Shown here: one piece after another, positions 24,923 to 32,921 of the stretch
How the letters are laid out: the number at the start of each line of letters is the position of its first letter
Numbering within the stretch: the first letter of the stretch is position 1
Source of the DNA: Nitrospirota bacterium
Lineage (GTDB): Bacteria > Nitrospirota > Thermodesulfovibrionia > Thermodesulfovibrionales > UBA1546
Reading direction: 5' to 3'
Length of the DNA stretch: 34,885 nt
Assembly (NCBI GenBank): GCA_004298625.1
Contig: SCSY01000159.1
Coordinates: 1-34,885, forward strand
Program-made: the position numbers and the translations under genes
The notes under the pieces: generated by a model
Seen by the model: only the letters and a program-made list of their open reading frames with translations
Database searches by the model: none
What the model was told of the DNA's origin: nothing

Positions 24923-25459
24923 ATGAAACTTCCATTGCAGATAACCGCCCGTAACCTCGACCTGCCCGATGCCTTCAGGGAAAATATTCGCGACAAGGCA
25001 GAGAAACTTGACGAGTTTTATGACCGGATTATGAGGTGCAGGGTTGTTGTGGAATCACCGCACAGGCATAGTCATGAAGGGATAAAATATAACGTGCATA
25101 TTGAGATGACAGTGCCTGGAGCCGAGCTGGTAATAAAACGAGAGCCCAACGAAGATCTTAATGTGGCGATAAGGGATGCATTTGATGCAGCGCGCCGCAG
25201 GTTGGAAGATTTTGCCAGAAAGCAGAGGGGCGATGTCAAGCAGCGCGAGGAGACAGGGCATGCGAGCGTAACCAGGATATTCCCGGATAAGGGCTACGGG
25301 TTTTTGACTACGCAGGACGGCAGGGAAATATATTTTCACAAAAACAGCGTTCTGCACGACAAATTCAAGCATCTGAAACCAGGCATGGAGGTGCGTTTTG
25401 CGGAAGAGGAAGGTGAAAAAGGACCGCAGGCCAGCACAGTTACTGTAATAAAAGGCTGA
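24923..25459 (+). CDS. Ribosome hibernation factor (HPF/RaiA, S30AE) domain fused to a cold-shock domain
   Basis: N-terminal MKLPLQITARNLDLPDAFRENIRDKAEKL..YNVHIEMTVPG. C-terminal CSD with ITRIFPDKGYGFLTTQDGREIYFH. Confidence 0.75.
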   Translation: MKLPLQITARNLDLPDAFRENIRDKAEKLDEFYDRIMRCRVVVESPHRHSHEGIKYNVHIEMTVPGAELVIKREPNEDLNVAIRDAFDAARRRLEDFARKQRGDVKQREETGHASVTRIFPDKGYGFLTTQDGREIYFHKNSVLHDKFKHLKPGMEVRFAEEEGEKGPQASTVTVIKG

Positions 25460-25490
25460 TCCCCCAGTTGGTAAATTTTTGCTCCTGTTT

Positions 25491-25534
25491 AAAAAAAAAA
25501 GAAAGCCCCCTTGCTCGGCAAGGGGGCTTTTGCG
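25491..25534. terminator. Bidirectional rho-independent terminator shared by the convergent HPF-CSD and cspA genes
   Basis: A10, then AAAGCCCCCTTGC tcg GCAAGGGGGCTTT, then TTTT-containing tail. Confidence 0.85.
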
Positions 25535-25539
25535 TTCGA

Positions 25540-25740
25540 TTAGAGCTTTACTACATTGACTGCTTTGGGACCTTTTGGCCCTTTTTCAACGTCAAAGCTG
25601 ACTGAATCGCCCTCGGCAAGGACCTTGAATCCATTGCCCTGGATAGACGAATAGTGGACAAAAACATCGCTGCCGTCTTCGCTTGTGATGAAGCCAAAAC
25701 CTTTGGATTCGTTGAACCACTTTACTTTTCCATTAGCCAT
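25540..25740 (-). CDS. cspA: Cold-shock protein (CspA family)
   Basis: [38 protein letters not shown]. Confidence 0.95.
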   Translation of the reverse strand: MANGKVKWFNESKGFGFITSEDGSDVFVHYSSIQGNGFKVLAEGDSVSFDVEKGPKGPKAVNVVKL

Positions 25741-25791
25741 ACTTTTTACCTCCTTACTATGATCTAAAGTTTCAGAAAAATTCTGACTGAA

Positions 25792-25830
25792 TAAAAAAAG
25801 GCCACAAAGCTAAAAGTCTTTGTGGCCTTT
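25792..25830 (-). terminator. Terminator-like hairpin plus U-run, about 50 nt upstream of the cspA start on its own strand
   Basis: Minus strand reads AAAGGCCACAAAG acttttag CTTTGTGGCCTTT TTTTATT. It could terminate the upstream radical-SAM gene, or act as a leader attenuator of cspA, or both. Confidence 0.6.
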
Positions 25831-25879
25831 CCATTTCCATGTATTTGCTAACAACAAAAACTTCTGAATCTTCCCGCAT

Positions 25880-25908
25880 ATAATGGCATCTCCGACAGCA
25901 AAAGTCAA
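25880..25908 (-). promoter_or_regulatory. Candidate sigma70-type promoter for cspA, located upstream of the terminator-like hairpin
   Basis: Minus strand: TTGACT (25908-25903), 17-nt spacer, CATTAT (25885-25880). Confidence 0.3.
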
Positions 25909-25979
25909 TAGCCGGCGCAAATTTTTTTGGAAGAGGCGGTTGGGCGTGCGCTGTCTAAATATTTGCGTATATAAATTTT

Positions 25980-27095
25980 TCATCGGATTTGAATATATTC
26001 TTTTGCAAGCTTATGATACAGCTTCGGATTGAACAGGATGTTTGTCATAAAATAACACTCGTGTGTGCAAAAGCATTGTCTTTTCCGTATTGAATCAATT
26101 ATCCGCCGGGCTTTTTCCGACTGGATAATTCTCTCCATGTCGTAATCATAATTCTTTACATTTCCAAAACTGTCCGTAAGGATCTCGCATGGGAAGACAT
26201 CGCCATTTTCCGTCAGCACAAGGTTCAGCCTGCCGGCATAGCACGGGATAAGGCGTTTTTGTTCGAGCAGGGTCTGATGTATCAGGCGGCGCTGCAGAAT
26301 ATCCTGCGCGGCCTTAATGCGCGCCCCTTTGAATCTGTAGGTCGGCGCTTTTTTATCTCTAAGGTTTTTTTCAAGCTTTTCAATGGCAAGAAAATATTTT
26401 CCAATATCAACATCCTTGTAGCTTTCGTCCGGGATATTTCCCCGTATCAGAGAGATTGTATGTGTCTTTATTTTTTTAAGCGAGCCGGCAAAGTCAATTA
26501 TCTCATCCATCCTGTCCTGATTCTTCGAGCAAAAAACCGTATTGATCCCCAGTTCGAAATTAGGGTATTTGTCAATGAGGTTTTCAAGCAGGTGGTATGT
26601 CTCCAGCGTTTTCCCGAAACTTCCCTGAGTATTCCTGATTTCATCATGCAGCCCGTAAAGGCCGTCAATGGAGAGTTTTACGACAATTATGCTTTTCGGA
26701 GAATTTTTAAGTATCTGCTCTGTCCTTTCTTTAATCAGTTCGGGAAGCAGGCCGTTTGTAGGGAAGAGCATTATGGACGGTTTATTATTTTTATAAAAAA
26801 TTCTGCTTATCTCGACAAGGTCGTCTCTGAGAAATATTTCGCCTCCTGAAAAGGCGAGCCAGAGAAGGCTGCCGAGCGATTTTGATATTTTCTGTATTTC
26901 ATCGAGCGTGAGCTCATCCGATACCCCCCCTCCGCCCCCCCTTGTTAAGGGGGGGATTGGGGGGGTGCTTTTCAAATAAAAACAGAACGGGCATTTTGAA
27001 TTACACCTTTTGGTTACAAAAAATGTAAGATGAATCGGTCTTCTTTTATAGAAGATAGAAGGAGTATGGCGTAATAACCGGTGCATTAGACTCAC
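25980..27095 (-). CDS. Radical SAM enzyme with C-terminal SPASM/twitch-type Cys cluster
   Basis: CNSKCPFC near the N-terminus. C-terminal IPCYAG..VFPCE..CFCTHEC. Confidence 0.8.
   Translation of the reverse strand: MSLMHRLLRHTPSIFYKRRPIHLTFFVTKRCNSKCPFCFYLKSTPPIPPLTRGGGGGVSDELTLDEIQKISKSLGSLLWLAFSGGEIFLRDDLVEISRIFYKNNKPSIMLFPTNGLLPELIKERTEQILKNSPKSIIVVKLSIDGLYGLHDEIRNTQGSFGKTLETYHLLENLIDKYPNFELGINTVFCSKNQDRMDEIIDFAGSLKKIKTHTISLIRGNIPDESYKDVDIGKYFLAIEKLEKNLRDKKAPTYRFKGARIKAAQDILQRRLIHQTLLEQKRLIPCYAGRLNLVLTENGDVFPCEILTDSFGNVKNYDYDMERIIQSEKARRIIDSIRKRQCFCTHECYFMTNILFNPKLYHKLAKEYIQIR
26924..26965. repeat. In-frame C7/G7 nested palindrome (42 nt)
   Basis: CCCCCCC tccg CCCCCCC ttgttaa GGGGGGG att GGGGGGG. 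Translated on the minus strand as PPIPPLTRGGGGGV, directly after the CX3CX2C motif. Confidence 0.85.
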
Positions 27096-27175
27096 TTTTA
27101 TTTATGATTCTTCAGGTTGTCCTGTAGTTAAATTGCCTTCCCAAACTTCTGCAATTCATTGTATATTATCATAAA

Positions 27176-28984
27176 ATGAAAATGTTAAAACGCACGAGAG
27201 CCTTATTATTAGCCGGTTTGTTTTTGTTATTCCTGCCGTCTTACTTATGCGGCTATGATAAGAAAGAAATAGACATTATTTTCCAAAAGGGATACGAATA
27301 TCAAAATAAGGCTTTCCAGTCCGGTGCAGATGGGAAAAAACGTTACCTCAGAAAGGCAATCGAGGAATATGAAAAGATTATTTATTTAGCCCCGGATGAA
27401 GAGAAGGGTTATCTTTATGCAGGGTTATGTTACGAGCATCTGTCGGAATTCAGCAAGGCAATCGAAATATATTCCAAAGGGGTGGAGAGGTTAAAATCCC
27501 TAAAACAGAAAATGCTGTTTCTCGACGGCCTTGCTCGATGCAATACAAACTCCGGCAATTTCAAGGCCGTGGAGAAAGTGATCGAACAGATGGAAAAACT
27601 GCAGCCCAACTCGATCGAGGCTGCCTGGGCTTGTTCCGGCATAGCGACCTCCGGCACTGATGTCAGGATGAAAGAGGTTTACTATAAGAGAGGCTTAAAG
27701 ATATGTGATTATATTTTGAAAAACAACGCCGATAAAGAGGCCAGACAAAGCGCATCAAGGATCAGGGACGGTATGTTGAGCCAGTATGGCTATAAGACGC
27801 CTGAACCGGATCCGGCTGTAAACATTCAGTATGACGTATGGGAGAAGAATATTTTAGCTCTTGCCGGAAATAAAGACTACGAAAAAGTTGTCCGGGTCCA
27901 TCAGGAGATTCTTAAGAGGAGTTTAAATATGGACCCTCTGAGCAAGGGCTATTTCAATCCGGTTCCCATGTATATGTCATATCTGGAAGCCCTTCTCGAA
28001 TCTTATGCAAAGACCAATCGCTGGGAAGATTTCTTTGAAATCACCGCGAGAGTATTTAACCGCGGGATGGAAATTAAAGATGATCCTTATGAGGGAAGGC
28101 CGGTTTATACAATCCTGCCGAACCTGACAAGGTTTCTCAAAATATATATATCCGCTCAGAATAAGAAATTCTATTTTAAAAAACCAAATAAGGCGTTGCT
28201 TATACCGGAATTGTGGCTTTACGAGGTTAAAGGCGATGCCTTGTTCTCAGCGTCTTTTAACGATAGCCCTGATCCCGCATCCGATGATGAGATATTGGCT
28301 CTCGGTTATTGGGATAAGAAAGGCAAGCCGTACAGGATTTTGCTGAGGTTTTCTGTGCCCCCGGCTCTCCGGCAATTTAGGATTGAAAGAGCGGAAATAA
28401 GCTTGTTCAGAGAGCATAAACATACATCGAGGGGAGATTGTATGCCGGTTTTATACAGCGTCAATTTCCCTCCGGACCAGGAATCTCCATCTGCCCGGCA
28501 AGGTCTATGGAAAAAATTACCTGCCGGTTTTTCTCAAAGGGACATGCTTTTGCCGGATGCAGATAGTCTTGTAAGAAGGGATATCGGAAAGTTCGAGGGC
28601 GGATATGTAATGGCCCAGTTGTATCTGTTTGATATAACAAAATTTGTGAAGGCATGGCATAAAAAAGATAATTCAAACGAAGGGTTTCTGATAACATTAA
28701 ACGATGAAAAAACACCTGCCTTTCGCGGCTTCTGGTCCGGAGCAGGACTCCACCCTCCGAAGGTCAATATCATTATAAGGAGCAATAAAAAACCGGAGTT
28801 GGACGATATAATCAAATATCAGGAGGACTGGATTTCTTATTATGTCAGAGGGTTGCGTTACCTAAATAAGGGAGGGATAAGAGAAACTGAAGTTCTGTGG
28901 GAAAAGGCAAGGGAGGTGACAGGCGATAAAGTCATCAAAGATCATATAGAGGCTCATATAGCCTTGCTGAGGGATTTAAAATGA
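27176..28984 (+). CDS. Secreted TPR-repeat protein with uncharacterised C-terminal beta-rich domain (possibly DNRLRE / carbohydrate-binding-like)
   Basis: Signal-like MKMLKRTRALLLAGLFLLFLPSYLCG. TPR-like repeats at about aa 30-170. C-terminal LLRFSVPP..ERAEISLF and FDITKFVKAWHKKDNSNEGFLITL. Confidence 0.6.
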   Translation: MKMLKRTRALLLAGLFLLFLPSYLCGYDKKEIDIIFQKGYEYQNKAFQSGADGKKRYLRKAIEEYEKIIYLAPDEEKGYLYAGLCYEHLSEFSKAIEIYSKGVERLKSLKQKMLFLDGLARCNTNSGNFKAVEKVIEQMEKLQPNSIEAAWACSGIATSGTDVRMKEVYYKRGLKICDYILKNNADKEARQSASRIRDGMLSQYGYKTPEPDPAVNIQYDVWEKNILALAGNKDYEKVVRVHQEILKRSLNMDPLSKGYFNPVPMYMSYLEALLESYAKTNRWEDFFEITARVFNRGMEIKDDPYEGRPVYTILPNLTRFLKIYISAQNKKFYFKKPNKALLIPELWLYEVKGDALFSASFNDSPDPASDDEILALGYWDKKGKPYRILLRFSVPPALRQFRIERAEISLFREHKHTSRGDCMPVLYSVNFPPDQESPSARQGLWKKLPAGFSQRDMLLPDADSLVRRDIGKFEGGYVMAQLYLFDITKFVKAWHKKDNSNEGFLITLNDEKTPAFRGFWSGAGLHPPKVNIIIRSNKKPELDDIIKYQEDWISYYVRGLRYLNKGGIRETEVLWEKAREVTGDKVIKDHIEAHIALLRDLK

Positions 28985-29958
28985 AGAGCAGATATTTTTG
29001 TTGTGCTGTGTTATCCCTGGTATTTTTCATTCCGGGATTTGTCTATGCCCAAGGGGAAAAAGCAACTTTTAAAGTAGGCGTTCTTTATTTTGAAAATATT
29101 ATCAGGCCTGAGAAAGTAACTCCAGGCCAGGCCGGTCTTCACACTGTTGACCCTCAATATGATTATTTAGAGCGGGCTTTAACGGATATGCTGACAACTG
29201 ATCTGGCTGCATTTCCTCAGGCGCAATTACTGGAAAGAGCCAGGATCGAAAAACTTCTTGAGGAAATAAAGTTCGGCGAGTCAGGCCTGGTTGATGAAAA
29301 AACCATCCAAAAACGAGGTTTGGCTGTTGAAGGAGATTTTTTGATATATGGCCGGCTCGATAAAAAGAAGGGAAGGCTTATTGTAAAAACAAAGATCGTG
29401 GATATTGCGAAGGGGAAAATACATGCGCTCAAAGAAGTCTCTGGAACAGAAGAAAATGTTCTTATGATAGTAGAGAGCTTGAAGTCTGCGGTCGCCGATT
29501 TTCTTGGTCTGGAGCAGGGGACTGGGATTAATGCTTTCAAAATGGAGCGGGAAGGCAGTCTTGCTATTTTGCCTTTTTACAATAATTCAAAGACCAATAA
29601 ACTCGGGCACCTGAGGCAAGGGCTTCCGGTAATATTTATGGACAAATTTATAAAACTTGGTCGCTTTACGATAGTTGAAAGGGCTATGATTGACAGCGTT
29701 ATGCAAGAACTTGGCTTGCAGCAATCAGGGCTTATTGATGAAAAGACCGCAGTAAAAATAGGGAAACTCCTCGGCGCAAAATATCTCCTTTTAGGGATGT
29801 TCATAGAAAATCATGGGATAATCAGGATTGATATGAGAGTTATCGAGACCGAGACGGGCAGGGCTGCAATCCCGGCAAGTATAACAAGTGAAAATGAGGA
29901 AAAGCTTTTTTCTGTAATTGAAATTTTTACAACCCGAGATTTTTTACCCCTTCAATAG
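28981..29958 (+). CDS. Secreted protein with two tandem CsgG/HfaB-like domains
   Basis: ATGA overlap with the TPR gene. Signal peptide ends VYA-QGE. Two repeats match the pattern V.(V/I)L.F.N...L.....L....F.(L/I)(L/V)ERA.I..(L/V).E......GL(V/I)DEKT....G......(F/Y)L(I/L).G. Confidence 0.5.
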   Translation: MKSRYFCCAVLSLVFFIPGFVYAQGEKATFKVGVLYFENIIRPEKVTPGQAGLHTVDPQYDYLERALTDMLTTDLAAFPQAQLLERARIEKLLEEIKFGESGLVDEKTIQKRGLAVEGDFLIYGRLDKKKGRLIVKTKIVDIAKGKIHALKEVSGTEENVLMIVESLKSAVADFLGLEQGTGINAFKMEREGSLAILPFYNNSKTNKLGHLRQGLPVIFMDKFIKLGRFTIVERAMIDSVMQELGLQQSGLIDEKTAVKIGKLLGAKYLLLGMFIENHGIIRIDMRVIETETGRAAIPASITSENEEKLFSVIEIFTTRDFLPLQ

Positions 29959-30871
29959 TTTTATCGAGGCTCTCCCTGTCTTCAACATTAAATATTATTG
30001 CCTCCGGCGATATTCTTTTGACAAGACCCGAAAGAACTTTGCCGGGCCCTGCTTCTATAAATACATTGATTCCCGATTTAACGATTTCTGTGATGGAATC
30101 TTCCCATAGGACAGGGCTGTTCAGTTGTTTTACCAAAGCTGCTTTTATTCCATCAACAGTTGTGAGGAATATCGCATCTGCATTGCTGACGATTGGAATT
30201 TCCGGTTTTTGCATTTCGATATTTTCGAGGAATAGAAATTCAGAGAGTTTATTTGAGGCCTCGGCCATCAGCTTACAGTGGGAAGGGGCGCTTACAGTCA
30301 GAGGTATAGCCCTTTTTGCGCCTCCCTCCTTTGCAAGAGTCATTGCCTCTTCAACAGCCTCTTTTTCGCCTGCTATAACAATCTGACCCGGGCAGTTGTA
30401 GTTTGCCGGAGCGACATATCCTGATTTGACGGAGAGGCATATATCATTCAGTTTATCTTTATCCAGTCCGAGGATTGCAGCCATGAGTCCCTTGCCTTCG
30501 GGGACCGCCTCCTGCATTAACCTTCCGCGTTTCTCCGTGAGCTTTACCGCATCTTTGAATTGGAAAACAGAGGATGCAACAAGCGCTGAATATTCGCCGA
30601 GGCTGTGTCCTGCAACAACAGAGGGCTTTATATCATGCATCTTTAAAGCCGTATAGGCGGCCATGCTCGCTGCCAATAAACACGGCTGAGTCCTGTATGT
30701 CTTGTTCAGTTCATCGGCAGGGCCGTTAAAACTGAGATTTGCAACATCATAACCGAGCGCATCGGATGCATCTTTGTAAAGGGCCTTTACTTCGTCGAAA
30801 TTCTCATATAAATTTTTTCCCATCCCGACATATTGCGAACCTTGCCCTGGAAAAACAAAGGCGATCTTCAT
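29927..30871 (-). CDS. fabD: Malonyl-CoA:ACP transacylase
   Basis: FPGQGSQYVGMG, GHSLGEYSALV, and a full-length family match by eye. The start overlaps the etfA stop (ATGA). Confidence 0.95.
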   Translation of the reverse strand: MKIAFVFPGQGSQYVGMGKNLYENFDEVKALYKDASDALGYDVANLSFNGPADELNKTYRTQPCLLAASMAAYTALKMHDIKPSVVAGHSLGEYSALVASSVFQFKDAVKLTEKRGRLMQEAVPEGKGLMAAILGLDKDKLNDICLSVKSGYVAPANYNCPGQIVIAGEKEAVEEAMTLAKEGGAKRAIPLTVSAPSHCKLMAEASNKLSEFLFLENIEMQKPEIPIVSNADAIFLTTVDGIKAALVKQLNSPVLWEDSITEIVKSGINVFIEAGPGKVLSGLVKRISPEAIIFNVEDRESLDKTIEGVKNLGL

Positions 30872-32052
30872 GCCCTTGCCTCTTTAATCTTTTTGATGAG
30901 CAAGGGGATTACTTCAAAGAGGTCCCCGACAATGCCGAATGTTGCAACATTGAATATCGGAGCATCGGGATTTTTGTTTATAGCGATGATTATGTCGGAG
31001 GACTGCATCCCCACAAGATGCTGGACTGCTCCGGAAATGCCGCATGCTATATAAATTTTTGGACATACGGTCTTTCCCGTCTGGCCTACCTGATGGATGT
31101 AGGGAATCCAGCCTTCGTCTACCGCCGCCCTTGACGCTGCGACCGTAGCGTCAAGCGTTTCTGCAAGTTCAAAAAGCATATTAAAACCTTTTGCATCTCC
31201 AAGACCCCTTCCTCCTGCTACAATGATATCAGCTTCCTGAAGGTTGACCTTGCATTCCGAGGCGTCTTTTACCGTTTCTATCACCCTTGTCCTGCATGCA
31301 AGCTTATCGGTTTTGACGGGAATAATCTTGCCTTTTCCGTCAGGGTTGTATTCGCCCTTTTTCATGACCCGCGGCCTCACAGTGGCTATCTGGGGCCGGT
31401 TGTTCGGGCAGAGTATTGAGGCCATTATATTGCCTCCGAACGCAGGACGAATCTGACTGAGTTTTTTTGTGTCCCTGTCAATTTCCAGCGCTGTGCAATC
31501 AGCTGTAAGACCTGTCCTTAGCCTTGCTGCAACCCTCGGAATAAACGAGCGGCCTATGGGAGTTGCTCCGGCAAGAACGATTTCCGGTTTATGCTCTCTT
31601 ATTAAATTAATAAGCAGTTTTGAATAGGGTTCATCATTAAATTTTTCGAATATTCTGTCGGGTGAATGATATACTTTATCCGCTCCCCATTTTATTAGTT
31701 CCTCTGCTTCATTTTCTGTTGCTCCGAATAAGACGGCGGATAGCTCTGTCTTAAGTTCATCGGCAAGCCTTCTGCCTGCGCCGAGCAATTCCAGCGCAAC
31801 AGCCGCAACCTTTCCTTCTCGCTGCTCTGCGAATATCCATACCCCTTTGCCCTCCTGAACCTTTTGGGGCTCTGCTTCTTCCTGAACTTCTTTTATCGCT
31901 CCTTCAGGACATGCGGTTATGCAGGCCATGCACATCTGGCAGTATTCATTTATAAATGCCTTGCCTTCTTTCAGCTCTATCGCAGTGAAAGGGCAGGAGC
32001 TTACGCAGGTCTCGCATCCTGTACATTTATCTCCGGCAACTATTACAGGCAT
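30868..32052 (-). CDS. etfA: Electron-transfer flavoprotein alpha subunit with N-terminal 2x[4Fe-4S] ferredoxin domain
   Basis: CTGCETCVSSCP and CQMCMACITACP, followed by an EtfA body with IIVAGGRGLG and YIACGISGAVQHLVGM. Confidence 0.9.
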   Translation of the reverse strand: MPVIVAGDKCTGCETCVSSCPFTAIELKEGKAFINEYCQMCMACITACPEGAIKEVQEEAEPQKVQEGKGVWIFAEQREGKVAAVALELLGAGRRLADELKTELSAVLFGATENEAEELIKWGADKVYHSPDRIFEKFNDEPYSKLLINLIREHKPEIVLAGATPIGRSFIPRVAARLRTGLTADCTALEIDRDTKKLSQIRPAFGGNIMASILCPNNRPQIATVRPRVMKKGEYNPDGKGKIIPVKTDKLACRTRVIETVKDASECKVNLQEADIIVAGGRGLGDAKGFNMLFELAETLDATVAASRAAVDEGWIPYIHQVGQTGKTVCPKIYIACGISGAVQHLVGMQSSDIIIAINKNPDAPIFNVATFGIVGDLFEVIPLLIKKIKEARA

Positions 32053-32825
32053 CTGAGCCTCTTTAGTTCTTCAACAAGCCGGCTTACCTGCTCTTCCATA
32101 TTCCCGTGAAGCATCTTCCTGTCGCCTCTTGCCTCAGGCGCAAATATGTTTTTCACCTGAGTCGGCGAACCTTTAAGTCCGGTGTCTTTTTCGTCTATCC
32201 CGATATCTTTGGCGCCGAATTTTTTAATCTCCGCCTTCTTAGCGGCTATCTTGCCTCTTAAAGACGGAAGCCTCGGCGTATTTAATTCCCTTACCACTGT
32301 CAAAAGCGCCGGGAGCGGAGCTTCAACTATATCATAGCCTTCATCCATAAGGCGCTGAACCCTGATAGAATCAGGTTTCACTTCCTCTATCTTTCTTATG
32401 TATGCAATATGAGGTATGTCCAGGAACTCTGCAATCTCAGGCCCGACCTGCGCGGTGTCGCCGTCTATGGCCTGCTTGCCGCAGATGATTATATCAGCCT
32501 TAATCTTTTCTATTGCCTTTGAAAGCGTATATGCGGTTGCCCATGTGTCGGAGCCTGCAAAGGCCCTATCGCTTAAAAGCACTGCGTCATCGGCCCCCAT
32601 TGATATTACTTCTCTCAAGGCTGTTTCTGCTTGCGGAGGCCCCATTGTAAGGGCTGTGACCTTGCCCCCGGTCATATCCTTTATCTGGAGCCCTGCCTCA
32701 ATCGCGTGCATGTCATAAGGGTTGATAATCGTGGGAACGCCGTCCCTGATGAGGGTATTGGTCTCAGGGTTGATTCTAACCTCAGCGCTGTCAGGAACCT
32801 GTTTTATGCAGACAACAATATTCAT
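32043..32825 (-). CDS. etfB: Electron-transfer flavoprotein beta subunit
   Basis: MNIVVCIKQVPD, LTMGPPQAE, DIIICGKQAIDGDTAQVGP. 10-nt overlap with etfA. Confidence 0.9.
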   Translation of the reverse strand: MNIVVCIKQVPDSAEVRINPETNTLIRDGVPTIINPYDMHAIEAGLQIKDMTGGKVTALTMGPPQAETALREVISMGADDAVLLSDRAFAGSDTWATAYTLSKAIEKIKADIIICGKQAIDGDTAQVGPEIAEFLDIPHIAYIRKIEEVKPDSIRVQRLMDEGYDIVEAPLPALLTVVRELNTPRLPSLRGKIAAKKAEIKKFGAKDIGIDEKDTGLKGSPTQVKNIFAPEARGDRKMLHGNMEEQVSRLVEELKRLRCL

Positions 32826-32921
32826 TTTTTTGTTTTAAGCCCCGTGATTTAAGATAATGAGCGATACAACTAATAATTATACGATTTTAATATTAAAACT
32901 GTAAAGCAGCGTGCATTATTT

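Noticed and set aside
25848-25889. 13-codon minus-strand ORF (MPLYAGRFRSFCC) downstream of the SPASM radical SAM gene, considered as a possible RiPP precursor
   Set aside because: GGAG abuts the ATG with no spacing, and the ORF overlaps the candidate cspA -10 element. There is no leader-like length. The Cys-Cys ending alone is insufficient.
26259-26849. 196-aa plus-strand ORF
   Set aside because: It is antisense to the SPASM radical SAM gene, and the minus frame has the CX3CX2C and SPASM cysteines.
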